Source: Ophelia neglecta
Lineage: Eukaryota
Direction of reading: 5' to 3'
Length of the DNA: 64,000 bases
Assembly: GCA_965285935.1 (NCBI GenBank)
Contig: OZ260662.1
Coordinates: forward strand, 101,060,001-101,124,000
Shown: piece by piece, positions 23,657 through 35,630 of the stretch
How the letters are laid out: every line of letters starts with the position of its first letter
Numbering within the stretch: the first letter of the stretch is position 1
The notes under the pieces: generated by a model
Seen by the model: the letters and a program-made list of their open reading frames with translations, nothing else
Told to the model about the DNA's origin: nothing
Database searches by the model: none
Program-made: the position numbers and the translations under genes

Positions 23657-23810
23657 ATTAGAGGCTAAAAAATTAAATTATGTAAAACTGGAGCATAAGG
23701 ATTAATAGAGTGTATGAGGAATGAGAGGAATTTTGGTATGTCTAATTTTTCAAACACTCTATTGATCCATAAACTTCAGTATCACATAATTCATTGTTTT
23801 AGGCTCTAAT
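23657..23810. repeat. Fold-back inverted repeat, 61-bp arms, 32-bp spacer
   Basis: 23657-23717 matches the reverse complement of 23750-23810 at 49/61 positions. Confidence 0.85.
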
Positions 23811-25270
23811 TATTACTACCTACATGGTTCCCTAAATTGGAGACTTGTGAATAAACAGTTACCAAAATAGTAGTAAAAGTGGTTTTGACCCTTATAATTC
23901 AGACTGCTGGAATTTAGAATAAGTTTGGGTGCCTTAAATATAAGAGAAATTACAGTATATTATTTTGAAACTTGAAATAGTTATATAATAGAGCCTTTTA
24001 CCCAGTTCATTATAGATTTGGCATGAAATTGTTGCTCAGATGACTCTGATGACACATTAAGTTGTCATGGTAGTCCAGAAATTGGTCCATTATGGCAGAA
24101 CAAGCGATCAACTTGATTCATTTTTTATCCATTTTGTCTGTCTATTTAATGTTGGCTGGATGAAGCTAAAATGTATTATTTCAGGCAGCACAAATATTCA
24201 ATGTACCGTTATCAAATAGGTCTTGTCTAGAGGGAATGTATATATATTAAAAAAATGATGATAAGCACCTGAAAAATATATAATTTGAAAATATGCAATT
24301 CTTTACACGATGGAAAAATATGTAAATTTGAAAATTAAAGTAATGACTTGCCAGCAATTTCTAACAAATAATTTATCATCTAAAATTAATCCTGTGCTGA
24401 TATTTCTCCTTTTTTTCATGATTCTAATATGTCTGTTGACTCACACTGAATTCAGAAATTGCTTGAAATTGCCAATTGAAATGTTTCATTGTTTTCATAT
24501 TTTAGCCTCCTGCTGTGTCTTCATCAACATTTAATCATTGAGTTTTCAGGTAGATCATACATGGAACCTACTATCATGCTCATGTATACCACTTAGTCAA
24601 TGGAAGCAATTTTCCTGAAAGCTACTTCATACATAACACATGTTAGGGCATATATCCCAAGTATACATGTGGGCTAGTTATCTTTAGGGCTGGCATGCTG
24701 CTCTTAGTGATATTGGGACATTCCAGCTGAGAATTATTTTTGGATAATGGTGTGAAATGGATTCTACTGGGGCTTGTTTTTTGCCCTTGAAGTTTAATTG
24801 AGCTCACTCACTTGTCTCTATGAGGAAGCCAGACAGCCATCAGGTTCCTTATAGGTGTCAACTGAAGCATAACTTTTAAATCCACTCCAAATATATAAAC
24901 TGCTCAAGTTTACAAGTCATTTTTTATGAGCGGTTCGGCAGTGACATTTTTACAAACAGCTTTCTTGTTTTACCTTATTGGTTGCATAATGATATGTTAT
25001 ACTAAATGGCTAAAGGTTTTAAAAATTAATGTTCTGGTCAGACACTCAAAAACCCTGAAAGACATAGGACATACAATGTTTAAGTGCTGGTCATAAAGAG
25101 GTGATAAAAGTGTGAAGCAGCTGTCCAGTGACATTCAAATGGCCAAGCACATGTAGCGGAGAGCGGCTAAATGGTGCATTAACATTCAAGTCACAATCTA
25201 GTCAGGCAATAACCCAGGGAGTAAAAAATAACAGTGAGTTTTAATTGGAGAGATAGAAAGCTGTTCTTAC

Positions 25271-25345
25271 CTTGGCAGACTCTGTCCCCGAAGTTCGAGC
25301 AGGGATGGGCCTCAAACGTGCCAGGCGGACACCCGGTGCTGCATG
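25271..25345 (-). CDS. Internal coding exon (75 nt, phase 1-1), TNFR-Cys-like module: CSTGCPPGTFEAHPCSNFGDRVCQ
   Basis: tttgttttag acceptor, AAG|gtaaga donor, and a CPPGTF...PC....DRVC pattern typical of TNFR cysteine-rich domains; part of ORF 25191..25394. Confidence 0.9.
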
Positions 25346-28074
25346 CTAAAACAAACATAAAAAGAGAAGCCGGTTGATCGGTGTTCGAAACCATGGTGCG
25401 TTTTGTATGACTTGAGATTAATTAAACTGGCGTTGTTCTTTTCTGTGGTTGTCTACTTCTGTCAGACTCACAGAAATCCACTCAAACATCCACAGATACT
25501 CAAAAACACTTGAATTGTAATATCACTCAATACTAAGTGAATTACAACTATACTACTGAGGTTGTTAAGGGAGCAGCACAGTTTGGCAGCAGAGCTCAAT
25601 AAAGTCCATGTATTATGAGCTGGCAATGTGACACCAAGCTGTCCTTGTGATGTGTTAGGTACATGTTAACACTGCGGGTACTCCCATACTTGGTTCTAGT
25701 TGTCATTCACACCTACTTGGCCACTTGGCGCTCAGCCTGGTAACACCTCCTCTGGCTCCGCCCGGCCTAATTCACAGCCAGTTGATCACCAGTCCATGTT
25801 CCATTTCACACTGCTCAGTATTAATAATATAACTGCTGCTCTGATAGAAGCTGCTACACCGACTCAATCAAATCCCTCTATATTTCAGATAGCCTGATCA
25901 CCATCATGGCCGCCCCCAATACAAAGCTTGGCGTAATGGCACAAGAACAATACTAGGAGCTGGGACTGAATAATCCTGAGAAATGTAATGCCATCAAAGC
26001 CCCATGAGGTGGCAAAATGTTACTTAAGATGGGCGCCCAAATGCAATTACAGAATTAATTCTCTGTATCCAATGTCGTGCCAGCCACCAACATTCAGATT
26101 AGCGGAGGTAATCTTATTCTTGAAGAGAGAGATTTAACATGCACAAGGAGCGGAGAAGTGACAAGCCGGGTGATTTTCGATGAGAGGGGACTCGGAAAGC
26201 CTGTCCTCAGCCGGGTTCAACTTAAACTAGATAATGACAGCTAGCTTGATGTCTGACCTGGCTTGGGTCGGTTATTGTTGCCAAACGGTCTCCTTATAGA
26301 TGGTCCGTCGGCCTTCCATTAGGATTTATGTATACCTCTTAACAAACCTTTGTGCTCAAAGCCTGGAACTAAATTAATACCACCCTGTTATAATCTGCTC
26401 CAAATGAAAATTCATGGACAGCTATTTCTTTGATTACCACCGGCTTGTGATTTGTGCTCAGAAATGAGCAGGAGAGCTGCCGCTTGAGATTGAAGCAATC
26501 ATAGCCCATTGTAGGAGCTGAGCCCAATCGGTAATGGAAGGGAATAATGGTCCTAGAAACTAGCTTACAGCTAACAAGAATTGATGGCCATCCACGGTCC
26601 AGTTCTCATTATTACAGGGGCCTATCCTAGTGACCATCATCTGCTTGCTGATACCCTCTTAATGGTTTTCTATTTCATCTAATTCCAGCCAAACAATGCA
26701 GTGGTCGGTGCTGCTGGATCTTGAAGAGTGTGTCAATGGAGGCTGGACAGTCTATAAAACACACTTAATGAAGCCAAGTCCCGGGCTGCAGCTAACCTTC
26801 CTTACAGTGAATAATTAATAGTCCCTGACACACTTGACATGAAAGATTGTGTACAAATGATATTTGTTAGACATCTGATAGCCATCTGTGGTCTGCCATT
26901 ACCTGCCACTGTTAAAACTGACTGCTGAAACAAGAGCTATTGCATGAAATGGCAGCGACGGCTGTGAATGATAATCTACCAGTGCCTGGGATGTGATGGA
27001 AGCCAAATTTATTGACAGGCCTAATAGCGGGCCAGTCACCATTTCTTTATCATAGCAATGCAGGAGCTTTTCATTACTGAACTTTTTTCTATCAGCCTGA
27101 CATTACTATTGGAATTGATGAAGAAAGAGAGGTCATTTTGCGCAATTAGGATTACTTCAGCCCGAGTTTGCTGCAATTAGGGATTATATTGATGGCATCT
27201 GGCATCAAATTCCTCCTCCCTTTATCACGGGATAATAACTCGCTCTAATTTGGGTCGATCATAGGACATATAGCAACAGACGGGACAGGGCCGGGAAGGA
27301 GTGCCGCTATCGGCGATATAATTATAATACCCATGATCCTTTGGTAACAGTTTAATGCATAATACACACCAATAGCTATATGGTTTGTTCATGTCCTAGG
27401 TTAATATATACAATTAACGTATAATTTGCTGCAACCATTGCCTACCAATAGTACACATTAAACCAAATGTCCCAAGCCAACTCTCTCTCTCTCTATATAT
27501 ATATTATTTGTTATTATTTGTTATTATATTTTATAATATATGATTATTTAAATAGATATGTAGATATATAGCAGTCATTTATTGATAAAAAGAATAATGT
27601 GGTCTTGCATTATCTCAATGGTTGAATTAGCTGTAGATATTTCCATCTTTACTTTCCAGATATTGACATCTGCCGTGGTCGTTTGATAGAGCATCTACGT
27701 TATTTGTAGATTTAATATTCACCGCTGCATCCATAGCGCTGACTGTGTAAAGAAAAACATCCAATTTCCCACTACTTATTACACATGTGGGCCTGTGAAC
27801 CAGGCTTAATGGAACTCCCCAGTCAGCAGCCATTTTATGATAGAATTCTGTTAATATACTTCTAAGTACCGCTTAATTCCTCGTCAAGTGTCCTAAGCCG
27901 ACTTATATTGAATTGTACCATCTTAATTTTCTTATTATATGTAAATCTACATTTGCCCCAAGACATTTTGGCCTGAATTAAGACAGGATTGGATCAGCGA
28001 TGAAAAGAATTGCTAAGAGGTAAAACCTCGATCATACTGTAAAGGTTCGTAAGGGGAAAATGTTTGCCAGTTAC

Positions 28075-28251
28075 AACAAAACCTGTCTAATCAGGTCATT
28101 TAAGGGACTTGAAAACTTGACCACATTATGTAGCTGACCTTAATTTGCAGGTTAGCTAACACAGGCATAAAGGGGGATCGGGCTACTACTAAGAGACCTT
28201 AGTGGGCAGGTGACCTTAACACCCAGGTGACCACAAACACAGGTTTCATTG
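28075..28251. mobile_element. Degenerate CAGT-type MITE (same family as 11995-12160)
   Basis: Shares CAGGTGACCACAAACACAGGTTT and the internal ACACAGGCATAAA.GGGGAT.GGGCTA. Confidence 0.7.
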
Positions 28252-28934
28252 TATGTAAATGTTCTGGTTTACAGTAAGGCCAGGCCTCATTTGAGGGGCA
28301 ATATGACGCCCACAGCTGGAGGTCTCGCCCGGCTCCTCTCCAGCCATAATCCTGGTTATAACTGCCAGTGATTCTGAATATGCCCAGAATACATGTTCTT
28401 CAGGAGCAATTATTGAGGAGAGTGTAAACCACATTATAGTCTTACGGCCCAGCCGTAGGAGAATAAGGGAATCTTGGCAGATTCTCATCATGAGCTGCTT
28501 TCTCCGTTTGACATTACCAGCTACTGTCTGATCCAAGCCCTGATCAAAGCACTGCTTATTTGGACAATATTCAATATTCTGCCTCACGGAGGAGAAGAAT
28601 TGTCGGTCTGAGGAACATTTAGCTGACTCAATTGACAGAAGACAACAAGCAGGTCTGCGTAAGGCACAGTGACCCCTTATCAGCCATGTTTAAACATTGC
28701 CATAAAGAACCCTGCATGTTATATCAATATTTGATCCTCCTATTCCTCCTACAGGGCTAGGATGACAACTGCCATCTTACAAAACAGCAGTGTCTCCTTT
28801 TACCAATCAGGCAAATAGGATGTGATTTTAGAAGGCTGCTATCTAACAAGCACTCAAAATAACTCAATTTCCATGGAATGTCTGCATGCTGCTCAACCCA
28901 GGCCTTACTGTAATACCACTGGCCGATTAAACAG

Positions 28935-29612
28935 AAAGGAGGGGGAGGATCTGAGGGGGATGGGGTCCGGTTCTGGTCCCCTTTAGGCCCCAAGGGGTGT
29001 CCAGCAGGTTTATTCCAGTTGGTGGCCTGGGGTAGACCAATCCTGTATCCACCACTGACTTACCCTGGGGGGGGGGGGGGGGGGGTAAGAGGTAGGGGAT
29101 CCTTGAACCCTCCCCCCCCCCATGGATCAAATCCTGGCCACCTTTAGGCCCCAAGGGTGTCCAGCAGGTTTATACCAGTTGGTGGCCTAGGGTAGACCAA
29201 TACTGTATCCACCACTGACTTACCCTGGGGGGGAGGAGGGGGGGGGCAAGAGGTATGGAATCCTGGAACCCCTCTCCCCATGGATCAAGTCCTGGCCCCC
29301 TTTAGGCCCCAAGGGGTGTCCAGTAGCTCTTTGTACCACCTGGCCCCCTAGGGTGGTACAAACCTGTATCCACCACTGACATCCCCTGGGGTGGTGGTGG
29401 CAGGGAGGTGGGGGTGGGGCAAGGTGTCCAGCAGCATAAGACCAGCTGGCCCACAAGGGTGGTACAATCCTGTATCCACCACTGAATTACCCTTAGGGCA
29501 AGGGGTAGGGATGTCTAACACCCCCCCCCCCAGGGGGTACCCACTCTGGTCCTCTTTCTGCCTCTAGACGTGTCCAGCAACTGCCAACCCTGTGCAATCC
29601 TGTATCCACCAC
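28935..29612. repeat. Degenerate ~110-160-bp tandem repeat with poly-G tracts
   Basis: CTGTATCCACCAC motif near 29042, 29203, 29363, 29470 and 29599; intervening sequences are homologous to each other. Confidence 0.8.
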
Positions 29613-29924
29613 AGAATACTGTGTTCGGTGTAAAAGGCTCACATTTTACTCAAGCTTAGACAACTTTCTCCTTCAGAGGACATCCTACACCAACATACTT
29701 CTAAAATATTTAAGGAAAAACCAGGAAATAAATGCCAGGATGACCAAGTGTCGACAGCTGTAGGCACGAAGACCTGACACTGATTAGATCATGATCACTA
29801 CTTTAAAACAGTACATGAAAGACCTGTCAATGATTTGGACTTAGTAAAAAAAAGCAATATATACGTATCTTTAATAGGGGTTAGCCAGATCTATAAGTAT
29901 GTAGCTCCACGCCTTTGGAACAAA

Positions 29925-30211
29925 GTTAAATCGGCCCTACTTTTGATGTAGGTAAAGTGCCAAGGACCCCTCAAATCGGCTCTATTTTAGTATTCTCCAT
30001 AAAAAAAGAGCATTCTAACACCATGTCAGCCTCTATTCCACTGCAGTTTTGTTTTATATCATTGTTGAGGTTCTGCCCTTTCAGAAATATATAGTTCGGG
30101 GATATTTAGTTGCCTATAACACTTAAGCATGAACTTTTGGAAAATATGCTTATTCTTTTGGCACTTTACAGACATCAAATTCCATAATCTGTTTGGCACC
30201 AAAAGTGTTAA
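29925..30211. mobile_element. Dispersed repeat fragment ending GTG|TTAA (piggyBac-like non-autonomous element end)
   Basis: Homologous to 55975-56439; both copies end ATCTGTTTGGCACC....GTGTTAA. Confidence 0.55.
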
Positions 30212-30449
30212 TTTGCTCTATATGTTGCTGTAAACTTTACTGTACTGTATAATGAATATATTGTTTCATTGTATATTATTTTAATTGCTGTAGGCCATTT
30301 GTTCACTGTGTTGGTGTAAAATATTAAAATCTGCTTGATTGTTGAAATATACTGATAACTTATTTGCTGATAACTTATATGCCTTAATTTTATAGAACTG
30401 TATAATGATAATTTTCATTGTAATGTACTATTTCTGGGCTCCTTGGTTA

Positions 30450-30512
30450 AATGTTAAATGTATGGGTTTTAACATCCCTTTCAACACTTGAGAGGTCATA
30501 TCGGGACAGGGA
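30450..30512 (-). mobile_element. Probable SINE 3' tail fragment
   Basis: Minus strand reads CCCGATATGACC...GTTGAAAGGGATGTTAAA plus a short repeat tail, resembling invertebrate tRNA-SINE 3' ends (pattern recall only). Confidence 0.4.
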
Positions 30513-30672
30513 CTTGGGAGAACAGCGTGGCTGAAAGGGCAAACCAGGTTAAAGGTGTTTATAAATAAACAACTAAATAAATAAATTTCTTTAAGTTCCT
30601 AGTACTTCAATATACTAAAATACACCTGTCAAAACCAAGCCCTTATATTCAAGGATGTTATAATGACATATA

Positions 30673-30830
30673 CAGTGGTCCCTGCGATAAAGGGACCCTC
30701 AGATGATAACAGGACACTTTTTCAATGCCAATGTACTATCTGTCCTAAGTTAATGTGCTTCTGATGCAGGGACACCTGCTATGTAGGGACACTTTTGCTT
30801 GGATGTAGAGGTGTCCCTACAACACAGACA
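30673..30830. mobile_element. MITE, CAGTGGTCCCTG family, right TIR decayed
   Basis: TA|CAGTGGTCCCTGCG start; body aligns to 15025-15199. Confidence 0.8.
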
Positions 30831-31988
30831 CCCCTATATGAGGATAAAAGGTAAGTTTAGATCCAGGGCTGTCCATGTATGTATATTGTAGTTTGCTGTT
30901 TTACACCCCTTTATTTGCTGAATGGTGCTGTTGTTCAACATGTAACAGCAGGAGAGCATTTAGACCTGGTGCTTTGTACAAACCATCCCTGCATATTCTC
31001 AGTCTGTGTTATAATCACACAGAAATTTAAATTATCACCAAATCTGCAAATAAATCTAAATATGGAAGTGAATATCTGGTAGACAAAGCCAAATCATCGA
31101 TAAAACCAGTTCAAACTGGTCCAAAATCACCAGGAACCAGCGGCCACAGTACCACACACATCCATATAGCAATATCTCACTTGCCAACACTAAATAAACA
31201 TATAACAAAATAAAATATTCCATAACAAAAGTTCTGCAGCTGTCTCCATTTTTAGGCTGTAGCTAAGACCATACGCAGGTAAAAACAATAAAATTGTTTC
31301 ATAAATAATTACACAGACGGCGAATATGTGAACATAAATAGAGGTGTGGGTGATTCTTTTTTATCAAGTAAGGCATACGTACATTTCTAAATGTCACCAG
31401 CTTTTATGTCAGCAGGCGACCACTATCAAAGAAGCATCCAGAAATAGCTTACAGGTAAATATCATTTAAACAAGCTTTGTTCCTCTATGGCCATCTTGTT
31501 TTCCACCCCTGTTTGAGGACAATTCATGTGCACCTTGCAATAAGACAGAAGAGCGAAGAGCCTACTTCATGGGTGGTGTATGATTGTAGCTCTTCTTTCA
31601 AGGACTCATTGTCTTAACTGAGACAACACAGACTTTAGAAGAAAAGTCCATATCATAAATGAGGCTGTCATATCATCAGAGTCTGGGAGACAGGGAGCCA
31701 CCACTCTCCAGGATTGGCCGTTTGATAAAGCCAATGCTGGCCTTAATAGTTGGTTTCTCACTTCCTTTGAGAGCAGAGTTTCTTTGTCTTGGGAAACAAA
31801 AAAGATTGCTTCTGTCATGAAAAAAATAAAATTCATTAGCAGAAGAACGGTGAATAATTTATTAGGCTCTGGCTCAACGTACTGAGATAGCTGTGGGTGC
31901 CAATAATATACATATGGTATGTAGACAGCAGCCACCTACCTCGAGACAGAACACTGTTCTCTGTAATAAACCATCTGGGTTCTAATTA

Positions 31989-32536
31989 CTGTGAAACCTG
32001 CCTAAAAGACCACCTCTGTGTCCAGACCATCTGTCAATTCAGGCCACTAATATCAAGAACTTACTATACACTTCAATGTGGAAGAAGTAGGTCAACTGGC
32101 CCATTTGTCTCCCATAGCTATGGGAGTAGGCCCAACTGGCCCATCTGTCTCCCATAACTATGGAAGTAGGTCAACTGGCCCATTTGTCTCCCGTTGCCAT
32201 ACAGTATTAACCACAAAACAAGAGACAAAATCATGCACTACATGGCTTTGAGTCTGATTTTCCTTCAGCAGTAACAGGAGACAAGTAACCGGTCTAAACC
32301 AACCACCTCCATAATCAGACCACCATTTCAAAACACACTATATTATGTATGTTTATGTACAATGAAACCTGCCTTAAAGACCACCTCCATAATCAGACAA
32401 CCTGTCAAATCAGATCACTAATATGAGCACCATGCTGTATGGTTCTAATTTTAAATAACCTGTCTAAACAGACAACCTCCAAATTCTGACCATTCCTTTC
32501 CATTCCTTTGGTGGTCTTAGTTCACATATTTCACTT
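31989..32536. mobile_element. Two adjacent degenerate CAGTGAAACCTG-family MITEs; the first contains a 40-bp triplication (32083-32192)
   Basis: GAAACCTGCCT.AAAGACCACCTC starts at ~31989 and 32360; similar to 55701-55878. Confidence 0.7.
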
Positions 32537-33211
32537 TTTGAAACAAAGCCAAGAGAGGTTTTATATACAGTGTATTCTTTTTTTTTTTTTACCTTTGAGC
32601 TAATTTAAGTGAAAAGGAGTGCCCAATATTATTACTATCATTATTAATTGTGAATTAACAAGCCGGAGAACTTGGAATAATTTTTAATTTATTGTTTTAG
32701 TAACTTATTGATCTGTTTTACAGGGTGTAAGGTAGATAATATACACGAACTTTTACGCATGTAATAATTTCCAAGTTATTTAAATGTATGTGCCTATACA
32801 AATCTTGGATGCTGGCCAGAGTATGCTGGAGGTGGTAATCATTGTTTAACACTTAGTTTCTCTCCTGGGCTGTGACTCCAGACCCTACAAGCCTTTCTAC
32901 GGCCTGAAACTTGAGTGCCATTCAGTGCACCTCAGTAAAAAAACATTTCTTTAAGAGTTACAAAAAATAGAATGGCAGCTCATTAAGATGAACATAATAT
33001 ATCACATCTGGTATGTACTACGATGCATGTATTTACCCGATACATAAGCATCATGTGAAAAATGCGAAATACAAAGATTACAAAAGACAAAGAGACAAAA
33101 AATAAAATATAAAAGATACAAAAAGGCTCTGAAACTTTAGTACATAAAATACTGGATTATCTTTTAAAGCAAAAAATAAAAATATAAAAAAATAAGGGCT
33201 GTTGATTTTAA

Positions 33212-33282
33212 CTCTATCAACACTCAAGCCCTGTACAGAGGGCAGATACCCCCTAAATTACATATGTTAAGAGTTGAAAGAG
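33212..33282. mobile_element. 71-bp TTAA-flanked miniature inverted-repeat element (piggyBac-like)
   Basis: TTAA|CTCTATCAACAC ... GAGTTGAAAGAG|TTAA. Confidence 0.5.
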
Positions 33283-34351
33283 TTAATGTACTCAAAAATT
33301 GCAAATATTAAGAAATGCAGACTTAAACTCCTTCATGTCAATTGCTAATTTCAGACAGGGTTAAGCCCATAAAGTTGCACAACATTACTCAATTCTGAAT
33401 AGACACAAATGTTCTTTTCATAGCAGCAATATCTATAACTGGTGGGCTTACTGATGATAATCTATCTATCCTGCTGATCATGAAAAACTAATTCCGGCCT
33501 CAAGGCTAGGAATAGTTATTTCCTTTTAATAAAGTACCATTAGTTCCCTGAGGCTATTACATATTGCTGGTGGCGCTATTTGGCAGCGATGGTGTACCGT
33601 GTCACTTTTCATTGGTGGACACATACATCACACCTTAATCCCCGATTGACGTGGGTGACCTAAGAGCACCTAGCCTAGGCAGCCTTGGGGCAGGTTTATA
33701 TGTATAGGAGCAGTTTGTAAGGGCTCTACAAGCCAGTAGAAGACAGCAATCAGGGGGATAATCAGGCCGGTCGCTTTAAAAAGAATCATTATGTTATCTA
33801 TGGAGCTTACTTACAAAAGCTTATGGCCAGTTATATTGCCTGGTGTACTAAAATAACACTGGGTCCCAATGAATGTTACATTCACTGTCAGAGGGGCTGT
33901 AGAGTCCAGTGTAATCACTCATAATAGTGCATTCAAGCTTTAACTCTTAAGGAACTCAAGTTTTCTCTTGTGGGAGTGGCTCAGTGCTGAAGTTGTTCTC
34001 GATCACTACAAGTCTGAATGCACTGTAAATCAGAAAAATTTCGCCAGCAGGAAATTTTTATGAATATTACGATTATGGCAAAGAAAAGAAAAAAGACCTG
34101 CTTGCTGAAATGTCCTGTAACCATTTCCCTATAATGCCCTAATTTCTATAGCAATTAACTCTATATACTAACTCAGCTACCAAAAATCGAAAAATGTGTC
34201 GCATATTTTGACTACTTATGAACCTTTCTTTGTCTACGGTATAGAGACTCGAGAGTACAACGCGATCCTTTATGGCACAGTCGTTTTACTGTAGAAATTT
34301 AGGCCTTGGCTACACTGGGAACTCATAGCAACTTTTTTAACAGCTGCCAAC

Positions 34352-35630
34352 TTTTTGTAGTTTACAGTAATAAGGCTAGTCTTAAAGGTCAGTAATGTGT
34401 CTCTATTTTGTGTTTACAGTAATAGGGCTAGTCTTAAAGGTCAGTTATGTGTCTCTATTTTGTGTTTACAGTAATAGGGCTAGTCTTAAAAGTCAGGTAT
34501 GTGTCTCTATTTTGTAGTTTACAGTAATAGGGCTAGTCTTAAAGGCCAGGTATGTGTCTCTATTTTGTAGTTTACAGTAATAGGGCTAGTCTTAAAGGTC
34601 AGTTATGTATCTCTATTTTGTGTTTACAGTAATAGGGCTACCGTACATTCTGTTATATAAGACTACCGTGCAATAAAGGACGCACCCCTTGTTTGAAGAT
34701 AACTTGGGCCCTTTTCTCGGAGCTGAAATATTTTCTTAAAACCCCTTAATTAAAGTCGCACCGCTTTTCTTGGAGGCACTAAGTGCGTATGGCTTGGTAC
34801 CTGATACGATTTGGCGCGCAGGGACGCAGTACTCGTAGTAAACAAACTCTGTAACAAACATTTCCGGAACAAGTGCTAGACTAGCCTCTAAAGCTACGGC
34901 CAGCGTGCATTCACAAGAAATACGTCTTAGATTGGTCTTTGAAGTCTGTCGATTGCGTATCACCGGCGCCGGCCTAGGCCCCAATTGTTAACAAAAAACT
35001 GTGAAAGTTCCCGGTTATCAGTACTAGTAGTATAATAGAACAGTGTTAACTTGCCTTTCATATAGATGGCGTCACCAGATAGTGCTGAAAAATACTAGTA
35101 CTTCCTGTTTTGTTTGCAAACGAAGTAATGATTATGCTAGTGAATATATTTGTTCGTTTAAAAGGAATTGCCATTCAAAAACCAAATAATGTCAAATAAG
35201 TTATCTCACAATTAACCTGTCATTTATTAGAAATCAGATTATATCGACAATCATCATATTTGATTAAACGCCTATTTTCGCCCATTGAAGTTCTGCATGA
35301 ATTCTGCCCACCCATCGAGTTTTCGTGAAAATTCTCAGTAATACCATCTATTACAAGACGCAACCCTTATTTTCTGCTAGATTTTAGGCTTCTAGTCCAT
35401 CTGAAATTGCCAAAAAACGCGTCTTGTATAGCAGAATGTACGGTAGTCTTAAAGGCAAGGTATGAGTCTCTATTTTGTAGTTTACAGTAATATGGCTAGT
35501 CTTAAAGGTCAGTTATGTGTCTCTATTTTGTAGTTTACAGTAATAGGGCTAGTCTTAAAGGCCAGGTATGTGTCTCTATTTTGTAGTTTACAGTAATTGG
35601 GCTAGTTTTACAAGCCAGGTATATTTGTCT
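34352..35630. repeat. 52/53-bp minisatellite split by a transposon insertion
   Basis: Unit GTTTACAGTAATAGGGCTAGTCTTAAAGGTCAGTTATGTGTCTCTATTTTGT(A) is present on both sides of 34641-35443. Confidence 0.95.
34641..35443. mobile_element. 803-bp non-autonomous pogo-type element (CCGTA termini)
   Basis: 23-bp TIRs match at 21/23 (CCGTACATTCTG[T/C]TATA[T/C]AAGAC); TA duplicated inside the unit GGGCTA|GTCTTAAAGG; no transposase ORF. Confidence 0.92.

Noticed and set aside
28935-29612. Conserved short motif with variable spacing, superficially CRISPR-like
   Set aside because: The intervening sequences are homologous to each other, the context is eukaryotic and there are no cas genes; it is a degenerate tandem repeat.
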